A stretch of 38,729 bases of DNA from contig JBBCAX010000001.1 of NCBI GenBank assembly GCA_051382335.1, positions 1-38,729 on the forward strand, written 5' to 3'. The notes under the pieces were generated by a model. That model saw nothing but the letters and a program-made list of their open reading frames with translations, was not told where the DNA came from and searched no databases. The DNA is from Deltaproteobacteria bacterium TL4. Lineage in GTDB: Bacteria > SAR324 > NAC60-12. Positions 1-7,869 of this stretch are shown one piece after another. A program made the translations under genes and the position numbers. The first letter of the stretch is position 1. Every line of letters starts with the position of its first letter.

Positions 1-11
1 GGATTCGATGG

Positions 12-590
12 TTAATGATCTGAATCATTACCTGGAGCGAAATATCGAGTATGACGCCGAATATTACGATTATTTAGGAGATAAGCAACCGAAGGGGACA
101 GAGGAGCGGAGACAACAGGGACCACAACTTCGGGAAGGGTCCCGGTTTCTAAAAGTTGAACAACGGAGGTATGGCCTTTTTCAGCAGCCAACTCCATCGC
201 CGTCCGGCCTCGATAGTCCAGAGCGCCCAAGTCCGCACCATAATTCATCAGAGCCTGGACTATCTCGATATGTCCTTCATAAGCAGCCCAAAGCAAAGGC
301 GTCATGACTCTTCGTCCGTTCCCACTCGGCTGATTCACCTCTACCCCTTGGGCGATAAGGTACTCTACAATTTCCAGTTTGCCCGTTTTTGCGGCAACCC
401 CCAAAAGCCGTGGCAGATGCTTTTTGCTTTCATTCGGCTGAGTTTCAATAACTTGCTTCAATTTTTCCAAATCATTATCAAGGGTCGCATTATAAAGTTG
501 AGAGGAGGGAGAACTGCAGCCAATCAAACCTAAATGAAGCCCTAATAATGAGATTATTATAATTTTTATAATGAAATGAGTAAGTTTCAT
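12..590 (-). CDS. Ankyrin-repeat lipoprotein
   Basis: Signal peptide MKLTHFIIKIIIISLLGLHLG with lipobox LIGC; ankyrin repeats (AAKTGKLEIVEYLIAQGVEVN, TPLLWAAYEGHIEIVQALMNYGADL, TAMELAAEKGHTSVVQLL). Start taken at ATG 590 rather than 650 because the signal peptide begins there. Confidence 0.8.
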   Translation of the reverse strand: MKLTHFIIKIIIISLLGLHLGLIGCSSPSSQLYNATLDNDLEKLKQVIETQPNESKKHLPRLLGVAAKTGKLEIVEYLIAQGVEVNQPSGNGRRVMTPLLWAAYEGHIEIVQALMNYGADLGALDYRGRTAMELAAEKGHTSVVQLLETGTLPEVVVPVVSAPLSPSVAYLLNNRNIRRHTRYFAPGNDSDH

Positions 591-757
591 CTGTGGGTTC
601 CTATCTTCGTCAAAAGTGTTTCGAGAGAGGAGACTGCTTAAGCCTTCCAATGTCTACAACTTTAATTCACAATCTATTCCTACTTGTATCAATTATTAAG
701 CATAAAAGTTAAGCATTTATTCCATTTAAACAGAAAAATTTTCTGAAAAAATTCAGA

Positions 758-1960
758 CTACATTTTTTGATCGAGATCCTTATCCTTTTCTTCATGTTGA
801 ATTTCAGGAATAGCCATCCGTATCACATCAACAATATCACGTTTTTTCCAGGAGTTAGCCTTTAGAATTTTCTCGAAACTATTCAGTGCCGTCCTTAGCT
901 TTTTGATCTCATGCTTGTTCAATTTTTTATCATGAATAACGCCCACATTCTGATATTTATTTAATTCAACAAGATCCTCGTCCCGATAAAATTCTTCAAA
1001 TAATTTTTCTCCGCTCGTATCGGATTTTGAAAAATAACAAGGCCACTCCTTAGAGAGCGTCCAAGACGTTGCGGCGGTTTTTGCTTCCTCTTCAGTTGAA
1101 AATATTTTAGGTTTTAAGCCCTGTGCGGCCAGCAGACGGGAAATGATTTCAACAAACGTGATCAAATCCTGAGTCTCATCCAATTTAGGAAAATAGACAT
1201 CCCGGTTTTCACCTAAAAAACAGGACAGCAAACATAATTGCCCCGCTTCTTCATGGGAAATAAAATAACGCTTCACATCCGCGGGGGCGGATAAGGGCTG
1301 TTTTTTTTCTATTCGGCGTAGAAATCCATACAGCAAACTGCCCTCTGAAAAAGCAACATTTGCAAAACGGGAAGTAGCGCACTGCACCTGATCCGAGTGC
1401 ATCAACATAACGCGCTCCATCAATAATTTGGACGCACCCATAATACTCACAGGATTCACCGATTTGTCAGAGGAAACAGAAAAAAATTTCTTTGTGTTGG
1501 AAACAGATAATTTTAATAAGAACCTGTCCAGATCATAGACATTGGTTTTAAACATCCTTAACAGCGTGTAGGGATCCCGTTCGGCTCTCACATGTTTCAA
1601 GGCGGCAAAATTCAGAATATAATCGTAACCTTTCTGAATTTTCATAAAAGCCTCAAACTCAACACTCCCCAGGCCGATCGCAAATGTTTTGAAATTTTCT
1701 GGAATGCTCAACACTGAAGATCTCAAGTCCCGGACCAGTTCCACTAAATTGTTTTCACTGATATCCACCAGATGAAGCGTCTTGGGCTCATATCTTATGA
1801 TCTGCTTAACAAAAGCCGAACCGATGGAACCTGCGGCACCAATCACCAAAATTCTCGAATGAGCAACATGCGTTTGAAGCTCCTGATAATGATTCCGCAT
1901 ATCTTGTTCAAACAGAGAAGTATTTCTAAGCAGAATACTACTCAACAAAGGATCATACAT
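758..1960 (-). CDS. UDP/GDP-N-acetylglucosamine 4,6-dehydratase (LegB/LgaA-like, Polysacc_synt_2 family)
   Basis: GAAGSIG Rossmann motif, DISENNLVELVRDLRSS, AALKHVR.E.DP, SSDKSVNP, MGASK, RFANVAFS.GSLL, C-terminal LDQKM; all recalled as typical of legionaminic-acid pathway first enzymes. Confidence 0.85.
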   Translation of the reverse strand: MYDPLLSSILLRNTSLFEQDMRNHYQELQTHVAHSRILVIGAAGSIGSAFVKQIIRYEPKTLHLVDISENNLVELVRDLRSSVLSIPENFKTFAIGLGSVEFEAFMKIQKGYDYILNFAALKHVRAERDPYTLLRMFKTNVYDLDRFLLKLSVSNTKKFFSVSSDKSVNPVSIMGASKLLMERVMLMHSDQVQCATSRFANVAFSEGSLLYGFLRRIEKKQPLSAPADVKRYFISHEEAGQLCLLSCFLGENRDVYFPKLDETQDLITFVEIISRLLAAQGLKPKIFSTEEEAKTAATSWTLSKEWPCYFSKSDTSGEKLFEEFYRDEDLVELNKYQNVGVIHDKKLNKHEIKKLRTALNSFEKILKANSWKKRDIVDVIRMAIPEIQHEEKDKDLDQKM

Positions 1961-1986
1961 ACGCTTTCCTTAAATCAAACCTCAGC

Positions 1987-3411
1987 TCAACTATCTTTTG
2001 AGTTTTGGGGGTTATTATATTCAAACGCAATGATCGAAACATCATCGCCAAAGTAATCAGAATTAACAAAGGCCTTTACGTCATCCAGCAGTAGGGATAG
2101 CGTTATTTCAAGATCCTTCTCTCTGTTTTTTTGCAATAACGCATAGAGCTTTGACTTTCCATATTCTTCTTTTTGTTGAAGGTTCAACGCTTCAGTAACT
2201 CCATCCGTATAAACAAAAACTTTATCGCCTTGCTGTAATTGATAGGTTTGGATTTTGATTTCATTAAAAGCATCTTTAAACAAACCAAGAGGGGGGTTGG
2301 TCGCGTCGAAAGTAATGATTTCATCATTGCCTGCAGGAAGCAACAGTGCTGGAGTCTGCCCTGCATTGACCAGTTGTAACAGTCCCTCTTTGGAGACGGT
2401 ACCATAAATGGCTGTCATGAAACGGTCGTCTGGAAGATACTTTATGAACATTCCATTTAAATGAATCATCGCCTCACACAGGCCATATTCCTTGGAAATT
2501 TCGTCAAGCGCAATATTCGCCATAATGGCGCTCAGCGCCGCAGTCACGCCATGTCCGGTCGCATCCCCTACAAAAAAGTTGAAATTACCCGTTTGATTTT
2601 CTGAAATATAATAGATATCTCCCGAAACATGAGACAGAGGCAAGTAACGAATAGCGATTTTTATGTTGAAGTGATTCAAGTTGCGAGAAGCAAAAATATA
2701 TTTTTGCAGATCCCCCGCGATGAGGAGATCCTGACGTTGCTCTGCCAAAGTCTTTTGGAGTTTTTGCGTTCGTTCCTGAACCTGTTTCGATAAATCACGA
2801 CGAAGCAGTTCCACAGACATCATCGCTTCATAGGTTCGGATACTGGTCATGACCACCGTTTTGATTTTGGTGGCAGTCAGCTCTGTTTTGGTACGATAAT
2901 CGTTGATATCATACAGAATAATCACATCCTCTTCTGGCGCATCGCCTGGTTGTCCCGTTCTTAAAATAATACGAATAAAAGGATTATTCAGGGTTTCCCG
3001 AATATATTTTACGACATTAAACCCCGCATCATGGGATTCCATGACGACATCCAGAAGGACTAAAGCAAAATCGTCATGCATTTTCAACAGTTCACAGGCT
3101 TCGTGCGCAGAATAGGCATCGCTCAGACTCAAGGATTTATGATTAAAGCAAAAATCATCGAGAACCAGATGAGTAATGCGATGAACATCCTCATCATCAT
3201 CGACAACCAGCATTTTGAATTGCAGTGTCAAAAATTGAGGTTCTTCAGCAATATTTTGAGTTTGGTGATCCCATGACGCTTTGGCGTCTGAATCATCTGT
3301 TTTTTTATCCGAAGAAAATAAAAACTCTGAAGGTGAAGCTTCAAAACAAAATAATTCCTCTTCCTCCTTTGTTAGAGCAGAAGGAGAGGTCATTGTTTTT
3401 TGAGAGGGCAT
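1987..3411 (-). CDS. Response regulator receiver fused to SpoIIE/PP2C-type phosphatase
   Basis: VVDDD...LLDVVME...RIILRTGQPG receiver; coiled coil; SGDIY, VGDATGHG, NAGQ, YTDGVTEA, GDDVS PP2C motifs. Confidence 0.9.
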   Translation of the reverse strand: MPSQKTMTSPSALTKEEEELFCFEASPSEFLFSSDKKTDDSDAKASWDHQTQNIAEEPQFLTLQFKMLVVDDDEDVHRITHLVLDDFCFNHKSLSLSDAYSAHEACELLKMHDDFALVLLDVVMESHDAGFNVVKYIRETLNNPFIRIILRTGQPGDAPEEDVIILYDINDYRTKTELTATKIKTVVMTSIRTYEAMMSVELLRRDLSKQVQERTQKLQKTLAEQRQDLLIAGDLQKYIFASRNLNHFNIKIAIRYLPLSHVSGDIYYISENQTGNFNFFVGDATGHGVTAALSAIMANIALDEISKEYGLCEAMIHLNGMFIKYLPDDRFMTAIYGTVSKEGLLQLVNAGQTPALLLPAGNDEIITFDATNPPLGLFKDAFNEIKIQTYQLQQGDKVFVYTDGVTEALNLQQKEEYGKSKLYALLQKNREKDLEITLSLLLDDVKAFVNSDYFGDDVSIIAFEYNNPQNSKDS

Positions 3412-3435
3412 GTTCCATTTCCTTAAAAATCGAGA

Positions 3436-4932
3436 TTAAGCAAGAGCCTTGACTGGGAAACCTATTTCAAACTCTACACCATTTCCCAAAGAAGTGGTAC
3501 ACTTTATCGTTCCATGTAACTTTTGATGAACGATGTTGTAAACAATATTCATTCCCAAACCTGTGCCTTTTTGTTTATTGGTTGTATAAAAAGGATCATA
3601 CATTTTCTCCTGTACTTCTGGAGACATTCCTTTGCCATCGTCTTTATAGGTCAAGACACACTGATTCCCCTGAAGTTCTGCCATGATCTCAATGGAGCCT
3701 GTGTTTTCTGAAAAACCATGCAAAATGGAATTATTAATTAAATTGATCAGAATTTGGGCCAGTAACCCCGGGTAGGTTTCAATCTCAATAGTTGCGTCAC
3801 AGCTGAGTTGGATAGCGATCGATTTATCTTTGATTAAGGGTTGGGTGCTTGTGAGGATGTCATTGAGATATTTATTTAAATTAATCAACCTCAGTTGTTC
3901 TGTCGCATTGTCCACAGAAACTTGCTTAAAACTCTGAACCAAGGTCCCCGCGCGTTCCAGGTTGTGAATCGTTATTTTGCAAGACTCGTAGATCATTTTA
4001 AAAAAATTTTCAATATCGGGTCGTTGAAGTTGGTTGTTTTTGTAGCGTTTTGTCAATTCTTTGGTTTGATCCTGCATATGAGTCGCCGCGATAATTGCGT
4101 TACCGACCGGGGTGTTGATTTCATGTGCAACTCCAGCGACCAGATTTCCCAAAGCGGCCATTTTCTTGGATTCTATCAAGTGGGACTGAGTCTGCTTCAA
4201 TTCATCCATAGACTTTTGAAGGGATTGGTTTGCTTCTATAATTTGTTTCCTCTTTGCTTCAATTTGGAAACCAAAGACATACAGGCCAAGGGCTCCAAAC
4301 AAAAACGCGAGCAGATGGCTTAACCAGAGTTCCCATTTAAAGTCATGTTCTGTCAAAGGCAAGGTCACACTAATCCCACCTCTGACATCGCCCTCTCGAT
4401 AGCCTTGTTTTTCATGACATTTTAAACAACTTTTTTCGGTTCTTAACGGTGCCATGTAACGATACACTAACTGGCCATTGTTTTCTTTTACAAAAAAACC
4501 CACTTCCTCTTTGCCTTTTTCAAAAGCACCCAGTGCTTCGGCTTCCCATGAGGCCGGTTTGTTTTCTGGTCGGATGGGATTCAGGCTCGTAATGTGAAAA
4601 AGAACATTATTGGCTGTTATTGCCAACTCAGCAATCTGACGTGTCATATAAGCAGGATTGATTTTTGTCAGTTTCACACCTTCTTGAGTCATGACCTCTC
4701 TTTGGAGATCTTCGAGATAAGGGTTGGGCTGGACACTTTCTGTCACAGGAACATAGACCCCGCCATGAGCGGAATTCCAGCGTCGAGTCAAAAGTATCTG
4801 CTTATAAAAAGCCTGTGCGCCCTGACGAGCTACACTTTCGATGTTCATTTGATCCACCCTGATATTCCAAGCTAAGGATAGAACCGCTGCCAAGCCCCAA
4901 ACAATGATTGTAATAGAAATGCCTTTATTCAT
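3436..4932 (-). CDS. Sensor histidine kinase with periplasmic heme-c-binding (DUF3365-like) domain
   Basis: Two TM segments flanking WN..HGGVYVP / INPAYMTRQ / CLKCH (CxxCH) / GDVRGGIS; H-box VAHEINTP; N, G1 (DDGKG), F and G2 (GTGLG) boxes. Confidence 0.9.
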   Translation of the reverse strand: MNKGISITIIVWGLAAVLSLAWNIRVDQMNIESVARQGAQAFYKQILLTRRWNSAHGGVYVPVTESVQPNPYLEDLQREVMTQEGVKLTKINPAYMTRQIAELAITANNVLFHITSLNPIRPENKPASWEAEALGAFEKGKEEVGFFVKENNGQLVYRYMAPLRTEKSCLKCHEKQGYREGDVRGGISVTLPLTEHDFKWELWLSHLLAFLFGALGLYVFGFQIEAKRKQIIEANQSLQKSMDELKQTQSHLIESKKMAALGNLVAGVAHEINTPVGNAIIAATHMQDQTKELTKRYKNNQLQRPDIENFFKMIYESCKITIHNLERAGTLVQSFKQVSVDNATEQLRLINLNKYLNDILTSTQPLIKDKSIAIQLSCDATIEIETYPGLLAQILINLINNSILHGFSENTGSIEIMAELQGNQCVLTYKDDGKGMSPEVQEKMYDPFYTTNKQKGTGLGMNIVYNIVHQKLHGTIKCTTSLGNGVEFEIGFPVKALA

Positions 4933-5141
4933 TTTTTTAATTTAGAGGAGAGAGGTTATGAAATTGATCCAACCGAAAAGTCATAATGGACGCCCCAAAT
5001 AAAATACCGCACTGAGGACATCAGATCTTTGGTTTAAAAGCGAAAAACATGCCGTAATCGCAATTTAAACGAAAAGAGAGGAGGATTTCAAGCTAAGGAG
5101 AATCTTAAAGGCAGAAAAAGGAATTTTAAAAGAAGCAGGAA

Positions 5142-5172
5142 ATACCCTTTCAAAATATTCTTGAAAGGGTAT
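5142..5172 (-). terminator. Intrinsic terminator downstream of rpsD
   Basis: Perfect 12-bp inverted repeat ATACCCTTTCAA/TTGAAAGGGTAT 20 nt past the rpsD stop, followed on the minus strand by a pyrimidine/U-rich run. Confidence 0.7.
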
Positions 5173-5192
5173 GAGCATGCATATCAGCAAAA

Positions 5193-5807
5193 TTAACGTG
5201 CGAGGTATTCCACAAATAAATGGTCATCAACCAAAATGGGAATTTCTGCTCTTTCAGGAAGTCGAATCAGTCGCCCTGAAAAATTAGCGGTATCTCGCTC
5301 AAGGTAAGGCAGGTTCGGTACAAAAAACTGGAACCACTCCTTATAGCGTTCAACTTTTTGGTCTTTTTCACGAAGCTGAATCACATCACCGGGCATGACT
5401 TGAATGCCTGGCTTATTAACATTTTTCCCATTAACCAAAAAATGCCGATGAACAACCATTTGCCGTGCGGCTCTAAGCGAACCCGAAAATCCTAAACGAT
5501 GGACAATACTATCCAAACGTGTTTCAAGAGTCTGCACCATCAGCACGTTTGTTTGTCCTCGTGCTTTGAGCGCCTCAGTGAAGTAACGACGTGCCTGCTT
5601 GGAAGAAATCCCATAGTACGCTCTAAGTTTCTGGGTTTCCAGTAATTGTAACGCATATTGCGTTACTTTTTGACGACGATTCGCACCATGTTGCCCAGGA
5701 GGATTCGGACGACGTCCAATAGGACAATTCACCGCGCCACAAACCGAGAGCCCCAAGCGGCGACAGGTTTTATGTCGGAATACTAATTTATTTGCTTCTT
5801 TTGTCAT
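5193..5807 (-). CDS. rpsD: 30S ribosomal protein S4 (stand-alone copy)
   Basis: PPGQHG, YALQLLETQKLRAYYG, LETRLDSIVHRLGF, ARQMVVHRH..VNG..V..P, S4 C-terminus; SD-like GGGGAAAGG upstream. Confidence 0.95.
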   Translation of the reverse strand: MTKEANKLVFRHKTCRRLGLSVCGAVNCPIGRRPNPPGQHGANRRQKVTQYALQLLETQKLRAYYGISSKQARRYFTEALKARGQTNVLMVQTLETRLDSIVHRLGFSGSLRAARQMVVHRHFLVNGKNVNKPGIQVMPGDVIQLREKDQKVERYKEWFQFFVPNLPYLERDTANFSGRLIRLPERAEIPILVDDHLFVEYLAR

Positions 5808-6131
5808 AGGTTCCTTTCCCTTTAGATGACATCTTTAAGGTTTTAGAAAGTGAACATTTGAGTATGCAGGCATAATCATGTTTTATTCTAAGCCCAGCAC
5901 CCAGGATGTCATCCCATAAATGTACCTGACTGGAGCTGGCTATTATATTATCGGCAGATCACAAGGATCCACATTAGCCCTAAATTCAAACTCACGATGT
6001 TATCTCAACATCACTCCGTGGATCCTCCACCAAAGATGCTGAAAAAACTCAAGTTTCTAGACGAAACATTAAGAATAGTCAATAGAAATCTCATTTTCAA
6101 AAGACAGAGCCCCATTTATGGCTTAGTCCTG

Positions 6132-6159
6132 TTGACTCAATATTTCCTGCTGGTACAAT
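6132..6159 (+). promoter_or_regulatory. Sigma70-like promoter pointing into the MITE cluster
   Basis: TTGACT-16 bp-TACAAT with extended -10 TGn; no plus-strand gene follows. Confidence 0.35.
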
Positions 6160-6173
6160 TCGGTCATTGCTCT

Positions 6174-6367
6174 TATAGATGTTCATTTAAATAAATTCAG
6201 AAAACTCATCCTGTTGCGAGATCCGTTTAAACAACGCTGTTTCAGGAGTGCCAAAGCTTGCTTTGGCCAGAAAGGCGAAGGTCTTTCTTTGGCTTTGGCC
6301 AAAGCAAGCTTTGGCACTCCACAGTCGGGGTTAGACTCAAATAAATTTATTTAAATGAACGTCTATA
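6174..6367. mobile_element. MITE family A, copy 1, containing a GGAG-REP inverted doublet
   Basis: 24-bp TIRs TATAGA(T/C)GTTCATTTAAATAAATT (one mismatch) ending in TA; internal perfect 23-bp inverted pair GGAGTGCCAAAGCTTGCTTTGGC at 6245-6267 and 6298-6320; second copy at 36917-37099. Confidence 0.85.
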
Positions 6368-6370
6368 GCT

Positions 6371-6482
6371 ACGAAGAACACAAAGGGCACTAAAAAAATA
6401 ATTTCCAAAATGAATGCCTCCGTGAAATCCTGTTTTTCTTGTTTTCCTATGAATATTCCCTTTTTTACCTTGTGTTCTTCGT
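6371..6482. repeat. Inverted-repeat-bounded miniature element
   Basis: Perfect 13-bp IR ACGAAGAACACAA (6371-6383) / TTGTGTTCTTCGT (6470-6482) directly after MITE A. Confidence 0.6.
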
Positions 6483-6549
6483 GGATAAAGAAAAGCACCT
6501 GCACAGCTCGAAAAATTTCAGTGGTTTCATGGTTGTTTTCAATGCCTGA

Positions 6550-7869
6550 TTAGCCGTTTAAGGCAAATTGAATATAACGGGTTACGAGTTCCCTCCAGTT
6601 GGCGGTGACTTTCATTTTACTAAGATTGCCAATATGCCCTGCAAAGGTCCTGTCGATAAAAATAATATCTTTGGGGAAATCCAGATCCATGGCCTCTTTC
6701 CAAAACATTTTGCCTAACTCGAATATTTTGATATAGAGGTTTTGGTCTTGACCAAAGGTGTAGGGAGGAGCTTCTCGGTAAATTTCCTGAATGAGTTCCA
6801 CATAAGGATCGGTCATTTCAGCGGGCAGCAAGTCTCCGCCGAGTTTGTTAACGCCCATGGATTTAAGAAGTTCAGGAATGGTGTGTTTTTCGTCTTTCAA
6901 AATGGCCTGGATCAACTTTGCCATGGCCTCCGCAATTGCGACAGGAATTTCTTTCATGCAGCCATAATCATAAACGATCACGTTACCGCCTTCTTGAAAC
7001 GCGAAATTGGCAAAATTAGGATCCACATGCAGGTATCGGAAACGAAAAATTCCACTAAGGATAAACTCCCAGAGCGTTTTACCCCAGAGGTCTCTTAAAC
7101 TTTGAGAGTATTGATCCGAACAGGCCTCCTGAGGTGAAATTCCTTGGATAAACTCCATCGTCAACACTTGTTTACTGCTGAGCTCTTCAAGCACCTGAGG
7201 CACGATGATTTCAGGGATATCCGCATAAAAATGCCCCATTTTTTTCATGTGCTGCGCTTCCTGATGGTAATCCAGTTCTTCCATTAAGCGCGCTGTGACC
7301 TCACCCCAAACCGGGTCCAGGGGAATGTCGGAGACCATGGAGAACAGTGTTCCCAAAATATTTTTCAGATTTTTCAAATCGGCGCCTACGACCTGATCAA
7401 TCCCGGGGTATTGAACTTTGATGACGACTTGTCGTCCATCTTTTAATTGTGCGCGATGTACTTGTCCTATGGAGGCAGAGGCATAAGCTTCAGGCTCAAT
7501 GGAAGCAAACAACTCATATTTTTCTTGCAGATTGTTTCGGATCTGGGCCTCAATCACTTCAAAGGGGACACTGGGTGCCTCCTTCTGAAGCATACTTAGA
7601 ACGTGCGCCATCTCAGGCGGCAAGAACCCCTCATGGAGACTCAGCATTTGCCCCACCTTCATGGCCGCGCCTTTTAAACTCCCCAAGGTTTCCACAATGC
7701 GGTGTGCGTTGCGAATCAAGTTTTCGGCCTGACGAATTTTTTGCACGGGCTCCGCACTGAAAAATCCCATGGTTTTCGCTCCAAGCATTGAGGTGCTCAC
7801 TCGTCCAACAAGTCCTCCCAGTTTCATGGCACGGTTGAAAGGCGAGGTGATCAGATTTTTTTGCTTCAT
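6550..7869 (-). CDS. ABC1/UbiB (ADCK/Coq8-like) atypical kinase
   Basis: LKGAAMKVGQMLS (KxGQ), ASASIGQVH, VIKVQYPG, ELDY..EA, HVDPNFAN, YDYGC; ATGA overlap with upstream gene. Confidence 0.92.
   Translation of the reverse strand: MKQKNLITSPFNRAMKLGGLVGRVSTSMLGAKTMGFFSAEPVQKIRQAENLIRNAHRIVETLGSLKGAAMKVGQMLSLHEGFLPPEMAHVLSMLQKEAPSVPFEVIEAQIRNNLQEKYELFASIEPEAYASASIGQVHRAQLKDGRQVVIKVQYPGIDQVVGADLKNLKNILGTLFSMVSDIPLDPVWGEVTARLMEELDYHQEAQHMKKMGHFYADIPEIIVPQVLEELSSKQVLTMEFIQGISPQEACSDQYSQSLRDLWGKTLWEFILSGIFRFRYLHVDPNFANFAFQEGGNVIVYDYGCMKEIPVAIAEAMAKLIQAILKDEKHTIPELLKSMGVNKLGGDLLPAEMTDPYVELIQEIYREAPPYTFGQDQNLYIKIFELGKMFWKEAMDLDFPKDIIFIDRTFAGHIGNLSKMKVTANWRELVTRYIQFALNG

Noticed and set aside
5997..6194. 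65-aa plus-strand ORF
   Set aside because: TTG/non-ATG start, no SD, no recognisable motif, runs into the MITE
6174..6484. Palindromic repeats as a possible CRISPR array or integron attC sites
   Set aside because: Repeats are inverted and nested rather than regularly spaced direct repeats; no cas or intI gene, no RYYYAAC/GTTRRRY frame
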